Positions 53,136-64,000 of a stretch of 64,000 nucleotides of DNA are shown here, in pieces; the first letter of the stretch is position 1; each line of letters begins with the position of its first letter. A program made the position numbers and the translations under genes. This stretch comes from Calcarisporiella thermophila CBS 279.70 (taxonomy: Eukaryota > Fungi > Calcarisporiellomycota): positions 672,206 through 736,205 of the forward strand of contig NW_027192201.1 in NCBI RefSeq assembly GCF_041956535.1, in the 5' to 3' direction. The notes under the pieces are model-generated. The model did not search any database, was not told the DNA's origin, and was given only the letters and a program-made list of their open reading frames with translations.

Positions 53136-54381
53136 TTACACAATTAATTCCGCCTTCTCTCGTCGCTTCTCTTCGTCTTTCGCTTCCCAGTCTATATCTC
53201 GCTTGCATAGAGGGCAGGATTTATCCCTCAAGAGCCAGCTATCCACGCACTCTTTATGAAAATAGTGGCGACAAGGAAGTAATCGCATCACTTCTCCCAA
53301 CCCATATTCCCCCAAGCATATAGCGCACGCTTCTGTTTCAATGGACTTGGTATATACACATTCGTCGAGTCGGTTGAGCATCTCTTTGTTAGCGGCGCGT
53401 GTGGGATTGGGGGAGGAGGAAAATATGTGAAGATAGAGGACCAGAATGCACGGGAGACAGCAGGACATCACCGCCCACACGATGACTGCTGAGACCTGGA
53501 TGAGGATCTCATAGAAGGCTGTAGTAAAAAGGGCGTCGTCAATCAGGAGACAGTTCCCAAAGTCTCTCCTCTTATCGCCACTCGTGGCGATGGGGCTCAG
53601 CGGGCGGGAGGATGTGAAAACGATAAATCCACCAACGAGCGACCAAATGATGAGGAAGATCAGCGAGAGACGGCGTAGATAGTCAGTAGGAGGGAATGGA
53701 TGGCTTTGATAATGCAGAAAACGGAGACACGCAAGAATGTTCAACGGAAGCAGTAGAGTGTGGATAAGGAACCATGCAAGTACAGACGTGTCACAGGAGG
53801 TCCTAAAGAATAAAAGTTCGTCAGCCTCAAAGTGCTACTTTTTCAGAGATATCGAGAGCGCGTACTGGGTTGTGCTTAAGACTAAAATATTGAAGAGGGT
53901 GACGGGCAATGCGTATATCAAAAAGCAGACATTCCACAATCTAGCAAAATGGTATTGGATTAAACTCGCCTTCCGAATATCGCATCAATCTAAAAAATAA
54001 GAGCTCTCACCTTCCTTCAAACCATACGCCAGCCGTATACTGTGCGGTTACCGACATTTCGGACACAATGACCACAATAACGTCCATATCGATGACTTGG
54101 CGCATAATCGAGCCTGGAGAAAAAGGCATGGTCGGCTGAGTCAAGAGAGGAGGCTGCAAGGCGGAGAGGGGGGCATCCTGTGACTGATTAGAGATAGGTA
54201 TTCGTTGAGAAGATTGGGGAGAGTGTAGTGGAAAAGACACGGGAGCAAGGTTCAACGCCGGCGATTGGGAGAGGGCTGGGTAGGGAGAAGGGCGCCGTCT
54301 CGTGGGAGCTATAAGCTCGTCGCTCTGCTCGTTGTTGCGACAGCCATGGTCACCATCAGAGCGAGAGGGGATGGGCAGCAT
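53136..54381 (-). CDS. Transmembrane RING-H2 E3 ubiquitin ligase
   Basis: TM helices then CAICLGEY...LPCRHYFHKECVDSWL...CPLC; start uncertain. Confidence 0.82.
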
Positions 54382-54518
54382 TGGGAACGAATTGCAAGCA
54401 GCGCTCTAATTCTCACAAAAATGACCAAGGATTTATTAAGTGAGAAGGTAATTGGGAAAAGAGATAGGCGACCATATATGAAAGGGCATTTGCGCCAATG
54501 ATTTCACAATAAATTGAG

Positions 54519-56095
54519 CTAGGATTCAAACTCAGACCAGCCCATTTCATCCACTTGACACATTCGTGTGAAATCGCAGCCAGTATTGGCCAGCCAAGAG
54601 GCCTCGGCTGTCTCCCACTCGCACCAAGGACTCTCGCACCCAGGTATGTGGATCTCCTGCTCATTCAGAAGCAGTCGGATCCTTGCGCCTTTGTCCTTGC
54701 AGCGCCACACTTCTAGCATAATATTCGCGGCAAAGGGCGATATGAGAGCTCCTCGGAAGAGTCGGCCGTGGATGAATTCAAGGGTGCTGTTGGCCAGAAG
54801 CGGCTGCGAGTCCCGATAAAGGCCGAGAATCGTGACGAGGAAAAAAATCGTCTCGCTGTGCCCAAATCGAAACACGGCCTTCGCGGGCTCCGTTGCGTTG
54901 GCTCCCGGTGGGGATAGAACGGCCCGGATGTCGTTGACGAGACTGGTTAAGAGCTGGCAGCCTATATGCTCGTTCAATTCATTCCCCTACAAATGAGAAC
55001 AAACGCAATACAAAAAAGAATAAGATACACGATGGCGACTTTGCATACAAAGGCAGCAATACATGTCCATATTCGTAATAATGTCCCAGATCATTGGCAT
55101 ACTCCATTAGCAGTATCTCATCCTTTTCAAACATGTCGCACCAACTCCTTTTCTTCCAAGTCGCGTACTCGAACCCACATAACTTGTACATACTTTTAAT
55201 CTCGTCCAGATCGAAAATTGTCGAGCCAAGTACAGAATTGAGGCGTGAGGCTATTGGCTTTAGGGTCGCGCCATAGTGGAAGAGTTGGTCTTTGGCACGA
55301 GTATGCGCATAGGCCAGCCAACGCGGACAGGCCAATTTCATTGCTAACTCCTTATCCTCTCCCTATTGATGGTAACATTAGAGAGTTTGCCAGTATGGCG
55401 GAAGCACACGCTCGATACCTTTGGAATAGTGTGAATATACATCGGCCTCTGCTTTCCAAATCCAATCTCTCCTTTCCCCTCAAAGGCTCCTATGGAAAAC
55501 GCATATGCACTCTCCCCACTTCTCGCAAACTCTGAGCTACTTACCCTGACTTCTGTAGATCCCGCATTATCCAGCAACTGGGCATATCGCTGAGAAACAC
55601 GTTTACCTAGTAGATACATGTCTTGTTCTCCACGAGGAGAGAGACGGTTCTCGAGCTCAGGAGGAAACGGATTGTTCCAGCGAGAGAGCCAGGTGAACTG
55701 GGGAGGAAAGGTAAATTTGCTGATAACAGCACTAAGGCGGGTAAAAGCGTTGATATCTCTTATACTTGGGTATCGTGCACCGTGTCGTGATATCTGTTAT
55801 ACAAACACTATTATGAAATTTGGTAGAAGTGCTACAACACTACGCTATCGTATACAATTTGAATATGCACGAGGTCGCACCCTTCCGGCCCTTTGGCAGG
55901 CTCCGCAACTTCACCGCCCAGGGGATATGGGCTATTTGTACCGAGTCGACGTGCTATCCATTCTTCTTCTTCGTTGCTATCCTGTGGTTGTTTCGGTCTA
56001 GGAAGGGTAATCAGTGGATGGGCAATAAACCAGGTGATAATGGCGAACAAAATGCAAAGAACGAGAATGTGAAGTCGTTTCCTAGTCTCCATCAT
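54519..56095 (-). CDS. Histidine acid phosphatase, MINPP1/phytase-like, with N-terminal signal anchor
   Basis: RHGARYP catalytic motif, FGHSET (MINPP-type HxE), PFAAN, RLLLNE. Confidence 0.88.
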
Positions 56096-56468
56096 ATGAA
56101 TTGCGAAATTCGGGAGGGAAACAAGGGGGTTCTAAGTGTATGCAATATGGGAGATTTCTAAGGTCTTGTGATTAGAGATTTCATGTGGAGGTCGATATGA
56201 AAGGATATAAAAAAGATATAGAATCGAGATTATTTTTGACTTTGTTGGGCTCCAATCGCTTGGCTCACGTGTAACCATTATGAGATTTGTCTCGTTAGAG
56301 TATCAATTTATATTTGGAATAATGAACAATTTATATCAAAAACTTCTAGTTATTAGTTTATTATTGTAGTCGCTTACTCTCTTTTGAAGTCACCCGGTTT
56401 AATCATATGGACAAGAGGGGGGGGGAGGGAGGAAGTCGAGGAGAGGATTTACCATATTGAATCTCTAT

Positions 56469-58316
56469 TTAGCTTTCTACCCATTTAAATGAACCCATAA
56501 TTAAATATTTTTTCGGTAGTCTTCCAGGAGAGGGTGATAGCACAGTCATTTTGCGTTTCGCCTCGTTTACCTCTGACCTATTAGAGCAATAAAAGAGGAA
56601 GGAAAAAAAAGAAGGTTTCAGAAATGGGGTATCTAATAAATCATCGCACAATGCGATTACATACACATAAACAAAACCAGCAACGTTGGCCTCAAGTACT
56701 TCCTCCTCGCTTGTTGCATTTGATAAAGCAAGTACCGAATGCAGGAGAATGTCGCCTGGATCTACGGGCATCAATTGTGTTTCGCTAACGGTACGGTCGG
56801 ATCCGAGAGGTAGCGCAGAAGAAGGTGCAAGAGAGCCTTTAAATCGTAACAAAATGGTTAAAAATCCGAGATTCTGTATAAAAATAGCAAAGTTGGATAT
56901 AACCTCCGCCCACACGATATATTACTACATCGCTAAAATGGAGAATGACGCTATACGGTGACAGCTCTGATTTCGGTGTCCCATAAAAATACTCTTTAAT
57001 TTTTGCCATTTTAGCCTGTCGAAGAAATGCAGGCTCCCTTTGGACCACCCCTCCTGATTTGGCTAGTTTTACGACTTGGAGCGTAGAATTGTCCTTATAA
57101 ATATTAAGCATATCGCTATAGAGACGCTCGTGGCCCAGGACCAGAAGTGTTGTGACCATAAAGGATTGGATAATATGATCGAGTACTGAGTAAGCACTCT
57201 GGTCAATAAAGCCGCAAGTGTCGATAATTAAACCCGATACACGTGCTAGAAGAAAATATTAAATGGGGAACATACCGGGCCAAAATGAGGTACAACACAT
57301 ACCATCTTCGTCATCTGCCATACGGCATTTTACAGCATGACTTAAGCGCGATACAAGTAATTTGTAAAGCTTTTCATTATCGCTAATGGATGTGTACCCA
57401 TAATAATATGAAAGTGGGGAAACTGAGGACCCTGTTGTGGGAACTGCACCTAATCCGAATGCCTCGTCTACCTCAACGATATGAGAAAGGGCAGTTGCTG
57501 AAAGTGTACCAGGCATGGTAATAGTTCCCTATAAAAAAAGAGGGGAACTCGTGAAAAATCCCCAGTAAATTACAATGGAGTATATCAACTTACCTCATCC
57601 GAATCCAAATTGACGTAGATAGGTCGCCTCCCCATACGTACACCATAACACATAAGTAGTTTACAAAGTGATGTTTTTCCAACGTCAGTTGGCCCTAACA
57701 CGAGAACTTTGGGACCTTCTTCACCTTTTTCCTTCGCATCCTCGCGTCGTTGTTCAAGAGCCATATGTGTGTTAAGATAACTTATCATTGGTGTTTCATT
57801 AGCCTGGTATGCTACACTACAATTACCAGTGATGTGTAGTCCAGAAAGAGAGAAAAATGGTTAAGGATAAAATAAAACTAAGGAATGCTAATTAGTATAT
57901 GCTAAGGGTTAAAAGCAAAAAAAAAAGGATATCTGAAGGTTGCAACCATGCCATGTGAATAAGGCAATTTTGGTGCCAGAAAAAACATATTCTGGTCCAA
58001 CAGCAAGTTCAGCACCAAAAATCTCGGCCGTTCCAGATTTAAGCTGTAAATGGTTTATAAAACGTGTAAAAATTATAGAGGAATTGCATATTTTAGATCA
58101 GTGGTTCCACATTTGATTGCTACCTTTAACTTGATGCGCTCTCCAAACTTTACTTCTAGTCGTAGTTCGCATTCGGCTTCAAGTGTCCATTCTTTTGTCT
58201 CCGTATTCTACGTGAATAAATCAGGGATATATCAGTTGAAATATATAATCTCTGCAAAAACACATGGTGTTGCCTTTCGACAACTTAGCATGCCGTACCT
58301 CAATTAATTTTGACAT
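56469..58316 (-). CDS. CLP1: Polynucleotide 5'-kinase / cleavage factor subunit Clp1; contains an AT-AC intron
   Basis: GTAEIFGAEL, IALFTWHGC, TPMISYLNTH, P-loop GPTDVGKTS, GLIIDTCG, KSGGVV, NVAGFVYV. Confidence 0.95.
57834..57932 (-). other. U12-type (minor spliceosome) AT-AC intron in CLP1
   Basis: 5'ss ATATCCTTT, branch TCCTTAAC (57867-57860), 3' end CAC. Splicing joins WHGCNLQ|ITGNCSVAY in frame. Confidence 0.9.
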
Positions 58317-58469
58317 ATTTCCCTCCCTTTGACATTAGAAAGTAGGCTCGGGATAATATTGAAGTTGTACGTGTAGCAGTTCTATTTAAATCCAAGCCAC
58401 TCGTTAAAGATTCATGTGGATTAAGGCAAAACGACTTGATCTACCTTTGCTGAATAAACAAATCAAAGA

Positions 58470-58916
58470 ATGCATCCAACATTGGTCCGCTCAGCACTTC
58501 ACAAACATGTGCCACTAATTAAGTTCCTTGGACCAAGGAGTAAACTCGCTCAGGGTAAACATCGCGTTTAAATGTCTTCATAACCTTCATTTTAAAATTG
58601 AATCTGCTTTTGTCATGTTGTTAGAACACCTCCCGGCAGGAACTATGCACCCCTGTGCTCCTGATAATATCATCGAGGGGAATCCACGATCTTCACCCAA
58701 GCCCACGGCAGCGTCGCAAGTAAGCAAGCAAACCCAGGCTCAGGCTTTGGATTGGACAGACCTCCCCACAAAATACACAAGGCGCGGATTATCGAATGAG
58801 GAAATAGAGGCAATAGAAGTAAGTGGACGAACAATCTCTTTTGTAATATAATTGAACATTTAATTCAATGTTTTACTCCTTAATCATAGCTTGGCGGGGC
58901 AACCATCATTTATTGA
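58470..58916 (+). CDS. KGD4/YMR31/MRPS36-family small mitochondrial protein, 3 exons
   Basis: HVPLIKFLGPR...LPTKYTRRGLSNEEIEAIE|LGGA. Confidence 0.82.
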
Positions 58917-59748
58917 ATTTTTAAAGGTTTACGACTTTTTTGCAATTAAATACCATTACTTTATAGAATTTTTAGAAACTTAGTGGAAATGAGTTTTAAG
59001 CATTAAGAAAGAACTCTCTTTGTTGAGGGCACATCTGATATAGAACTTGAAATCCTTAATCCATATGAGTAAAGAAGAGCAAATTATTAAATACAGGCAT
59101 AAAATTAATATTTGAATTTTACTAAAGATTACGTGGCGCAGTAATCATCATGGCGATTAACTTATGCTATTTAGATAAATAATTGCCTGTTTAAATAATA
59201 GTAAGCGTCGAAGAATCTTTCAACGAACTTCGCCTTGCACCGCCTTGGCCCTTTATATCAAGTTGATAGCATGCGCATTGGCCGGTGTTTTCAACAAGAT
59301 CGCGCCGAGTTCATCGCTCAGCGTTTCATTTGAGAAGGCACACCTATGGGAGTAGCGAACAGGAAATATCAAAGCGCTGCTTTGGACTCTACTTCGCGTA
59401 AATAGTTAATTCCATTAGGTTTTATATTGCAATGATTTAGTTTAAACTCGAAACATATATTAAATGACCCAAATAGAACATCTTTTTCTACTATTTCTAT
59501 CGGTGAGTTGAATTGGGCCGCACCACTAAAATAATAGCGCGGCTAGATATGTACTTTGAGGTAAGAAAGAATGCTAATCAAACATATCCCTCAGAGGAGT
59601 TCCAATATATTGAGAATAATGGGCTCCGAGGAAGAAAAAATCCGTCAAAACACGAAAATTCACCTATATTCACGTGATATATTATATAAAATAATCTCCA
59701 CTGGTTTCATAGGCCTGACAAATATTCTTTTTTTCATTTTGAAGCGTA

Positions 59749-60966
59749 ATGGATAACAGAAAAGTAGTGATCGTTACGGGATGTTCCAAGAATGGCATTG
59801 GTAAATGAACTATTGTCTCTCTCTTTCGTGTCAATCCGTATTCTAATATCCCAAGCTGATTAACCACCAGGGTATTCCCTTTGTGAGGAATTTGCAAAGG
59901 TACGCGTATTAAATAGTATTCGTAATATGGTCTAATTGCATTATCGCCCCATTACTAATAATTGACTAATATACAGAACAATTGTCGTGTATTTGCCACC
60001 GCTCGGCGCGTAGAAGCTATGGAAGGGCTTGAAGGTTATTTGCTTATCATATTTCATTATAATACCTAATCGTACATGATCTCATTGTCTTACAAAAATA
60101 GCATTGGGAATTGAGAAGCTGCATTTGGATGTGTGTGACCGCAAATCCATCGATAAAGCCGTAAAAACCGTGATAGAGCAAGCTGGTCGCATCGATATCT
60201 TGGTTAATAATGCGGGAGTTCTCAAAGTAGGGCCCATTATAGAGATGCCATTGGAAGAGATCAAGAGTATATACGATGCAAACGTGTTTGGGGTCATATC
60301 CGTAATACAGGCGGTAGTCCCATTTATGGCCAAACAAGGATCGGGTAAAATTGTCAATGTTGGGAGTGTTGCAGGAATCCTTAACTATCCGTTTGGAGGG
60401 GGATACAACTCATCAAAAGCTGCTCTACATTCCCTATCTGATATCCTGCGATTGGAACTCAAGCCTTTGAATATCGATGTAATGGTGATTGCTCCTGGAG
60501 CTGTGGCTACCAGTATTGCAAAAAATGCTAGCGATAATCAAGGATACGAATTGAGTTCAGGTATTTTGTTACATCTAGCGCTCATTCCCAGGAGAGAGCC
60601 CGGTTGTCTAAGACTAACAGTATGAAATTGCACTTGGTAGATTCACCCTATTCGACTATTAGGAACGCTATTCAAAAGGCCATTGTTCAAAGGATAAATA
60701 TATCCCAAGAAGGCACTAAAACTACTTCTGAGGCGTTTGCCAAAAATATTGCTCGACAGATTTTGCGGAAAAATTCTCTTTATATTTTCGCAGGCGACAA
60801 CAGTCTTTTAGGTTATATTGTAGGCTACTTTTTCCCCAGGTGGCTCTTGGTAAGTTGGAGCGTATTTATGGACTCACCTGCTCGATATTTATCTATAATT
60901 TGTGGGTTCCAGGATCTCTATTTCTTGAGGCTATTCGGACTGTGGGGTTTAAAGAGACGCAACTAA
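59749..60966 (+). CDS. Short-chain dehydrogenase/reductase (Ayr1-like 1-acyl-DHAP reductase)
   Basis: VIVTGCSKNGIG, VFATARR, LDV, LVNNAG, YNSSKAAL, LRLELKPL. Confidence 0.88.
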
Positions 60967-61314
60967 ACCAGGCTTGGATTCTTATTCAATAGCACTTTAG
61001 TACCCGCTTGCATTTTCCAAAAATTATCGTGAGAGTGTCGATTTATCTTTTTGGTCCCTATAGACCTCGATAAGATTTTAGGTACTGTACTTAGTTATAT
61101 GTTTAAATTCATGTCCAGGTTTACCGCAAGGCAGATATTGTATTTTTCTTTTTTGTTTCATCCAATATATCGAATAGTTCTCTGAAATTTCATTCAAAAT
61201 TCGTACTCATGATTGATTCCCCATGAGGCACAGTAAATTTTCAGAATGTTAACGCGTTAAATTTGTGAAAAAATAGAGAACGCGGTTGTCATTATATATA
61301 AATTAACAACAAAC

Positions 61315-62027
61315 ATGAAGCGCTCGGCAAATCCCTCAGCCTCCACTCGCAGCAGATTACCTCCTCCGTCTAACCGAATTGCTCGTACTACGCGTACTAA
61401 CGGAGCTAGATCTGCAAACGCTGATACGACTCTACAGTTTGACCCTTCTGAATCTAATACCACTACATTTCTGCAGCCGCGACGTTTGCGTGGTCCTAAT
61501 TCCACAATGATTAGTGGCAACTCAACAAGTATACTGCGTCCATCATCTCGATCCGGTGGTACTATCAATAACCTCACCTCTACAGCCAATTCGGAGATAA
61601 CACGTTCTATAGCTACCAATCCGCTCCAAATTAAGAAAGAAGAAAAGCTAAAAGAACTTAACAATCTGTTATTGCTAAGAGGAATGTCGGAAAAAATGGT
61701 AGGGTATTTTGAAGAAATTGGAAGAGGGATGAGTGAACTTTCGGAAGGATGTGAAGGTAATTGCCTATTGATGAGTTTATTGCTATCTTTACTAACTTCT
61801 TGTTGGTACACGTTACTTTATCTTTTGGTAGCTGTTGCGCAAGTATTAAATAATTGGCAGAACGTCTTCCGTACTATTTCATTAGCATGTAAGTTTTTAT
61901 GTTTATCCTTCCAGACGATATATTAGCTTAATTCTCTTATACTTGCTCACTAGCACAAGGGCCAAAAGACGACTTGAACGGGGAGCGGCCACCAACACTT
62001 GTTCAAATCCCAATGGGAGAATACTAG
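61315..62027 (+). CDS. DAD2: DASH/Dam1 complex subunit Dad2 with a long disordered N-terminal extension
   Basis: KEEKLKELNNL...ELSEGCE|AVAQVLNNWQNVFRTISLA...PPTLVQIP. Confidence 0.8.
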
Positions 62028-63717
62028 TGCCCATTACTTTAATTGTGTATTCACTTGTGTAATTATTTGTTATTTGTGAGCCTTATTCTTTACAATATAG
62101 AAGTTCCAGTATATATGCTTTCCTAAGAACGGTTCGAGCTCACGCGCTATCCTCTTTTTATTCAATCTTTTTTTTAGCTCAAATGATATTAAGGATTTCC
62201 AACTTCTATAAAAGCTTAACAATGATATTTAATTGTGAAAGATATCTAGCCCAGCCATCAATGATTTGATAATCGTATGAGGTCTGTGAAAATACATGGG
62301 CTTAATACATGAATTCGAAGCACTCTAAACATTTCTATTGAAGTGAAATACATAATTTTATTCTTTTTATTTAGTTTTATTTAATAACAAACAAGTGAAG
62401 CTACTCCTATTCAACCTTTAAATAACTTATATTTTTGGGTGATTTCCAATAGCCTACTTCCTTTAAGTAGGCATATTCTTCTTATTCTCTTCTCTTTGTC
62501 TATAGAATCTAAGATGTGATATGTACTAATATGTTTTGAAAATTGGATGACATCCGAGTTTCAGCACATATTTATACAGTTTGACGCGTAAAACACCATT
62601 ATAGAATATGATAGGAAGGGCTTAATGCAACGAGTGACTTTTCAGATTTTTGCGTATTAATTCAAGATTAATCCAGATAAACACAAACCTATCGTAGGGA
62701 AGGGTATATCGTAAGCCAGTGTTCAAACACCAGAATTTAACATATGAAAACACAAAGCTTCCTATTTAGGATCATTTTCTTGAATTAACTACAGGCATAT
62801 TCGTCCAAGCAGATACAATTATTAGCAGCTCCTGGATTACTAGCAAAAAAAAAAAATTCAAACATGATCACTTCTTTTTGAAGATGCATTAGAGCCAGTA
62901 CTCCTTGATAAAATAAATTTTCTTGATATCATGATGTCTTACCAATTCTTGTTGCTCTCCGGACCAACCTCTTACCCCTATAATAATTGTGATATTTCTG
63001 ATCGAAGTCGATGGAGGTTCTTAGGGGAGGGAAAAAATGTGTAAAATGATTGAAATAGACTGTAGTTTTGGGCAGAAGGAAGAGTAAAGTGTGCTAGCAT
63101 CAAATACAGAATCTATTTTGGCCATTAGTGTGGTGAAAGTACTAGCAGAGACTTGTTTTGCACCCTTTTCAGATTTTTTGTCAATGATGTGATAAAGGTG
63201 TCATTGGCACAGAGAAACCTACAAAAGTTTTCACTGGTACAATAGTACTCTCCGCTCAGACAATGATCAGTTTATTTAATTTTATTCGATCCAAGAAAGT
63301 AGATCGACGGATGGTTTATTGGGTTATACTGTACTAAACAACAGAGTGTATGGCAATTGTCAATATAAACATGGTGCCTCTTTTCATTCTATGTTGAGCT
63401 CCTATTAAAGGGAATCGCCTCCAAATAACGTTTATACATTTTGTAATTTTTTGGGTAATATGCAGTGTTGCTTGCTCTTTTCATATTCGCACTGTATATT
63501 ACAAGATTGACGTTGAATTTGCATGCTCCAAGTGCGCTCAAGATTTTCGTTTTAATTAGACAATGATTTGACTTTTTGGAAGCCATATTTTACATTAGGT
63601 TTCTGGTTGGCGCGAGTTAAAATGAAAAAAATTTTCCAGCCATATATAAAGAGAAAAAATTTCACAGTCTGTCACATTCTTTTCCATTAATAACAGAGCG
63701 GCAAAAAATCGCTCAAA

Positions 63718-64000
63718 ATGTCAAGGGATTTGAGAAAAAAGGTGGCCAAAGCCGCCTCGCGCCAGCGTTCTGGCCAAAACACACCCATTGTCCTTTCTCC
63801 CAATGGAAGCCGCTACAACTCTGAAGACGAGGACAACTGGTCCGTATACTCGGGCGACAGCCAGGATTCTTTTGTTTCCTCTGTTGCCAGCCGTGCCGAC
63901 GCGAGCGAGTTAGAAGAGATCACAACGTGGGAGGATGATTTGAAACAATGCGTCGATAATCTTAATGAAAAGCGAACTAGGTAATTCAATGTGTGCAAAT
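63718..64000 (+). CDS. IFRD (interferon-related developmental regulator)-domain protein, 5' part
   Basis: Basic N-terminus, Ser/Asp tract, WEDDLKQCVDNLNEKR; intron donor at ~63981. Confidence 0.65.

Noticed and set aside
59190-59410. GC-richer patch that might be a gene remnant or ncRNA
   Set aside because: The frames I read contain stops and no recognisable motif; insufficient support
62766-62782. AGGATCATTTTCT similar to U3 snoRNA box A
   Set aside because: Imperfect match with no boxes A', C', B, C or D in the expected order

Overview
Gene-dense, intron-rich eukaryotic DNA from a fungus. It is most consistent with an early-diverging (non-Dikarya, Mucoromycota-like) lineage: it has velvet and DASH (Dad2) genes alongside animal-like propionyl-CoA carboxylase and a PCAF-N-bearing GCN5. 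About 30 protein genes with short introns can be reconstructed by eye: PCCA/PCCB head-to-head, ELO, RPC5, PEX19, HAP3/NF-YB, POLD3, PHB2, LSM3, ICMT-like, peroxisomal ABCD, MCM1/SRF, SFM1, GCN5, INSIG, RMD1, NOP10, velvet, a CRIB protein, RPS2, an Apc13-like ORF, GCDH, MAK5, SMARCD, a RING E3, MINPP1, CLP1, KGD4, an SDR, DAD2 and IFRD. An accessory island at ~26.9-34 kb holds a decayed NB-ARC/TPR/ankyrin NLR-like gene, a stop-interrupted membrane-protein gene and a DIRS retroelement RT remnant, and it is bracketed by an inverted ankyrin-repeat copy. The main observations are: (1) a well-supported AT-AC U12-type (minor spliceosome) intron in CLP1; (2) the divergent PCCA-PCCB pair sharing a 253-bp promoter; (3) the NLR/DIRS island; (4) an orphan CDK-site-rich gene behind a cluster of seven MCB/E2F-like CGCG sites; (5) a metazoan-like PCAF-N zinc module in GCN5. 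Gene boundaries were assembled manually without tools, and family calls come from recognised motifs, not database searches.
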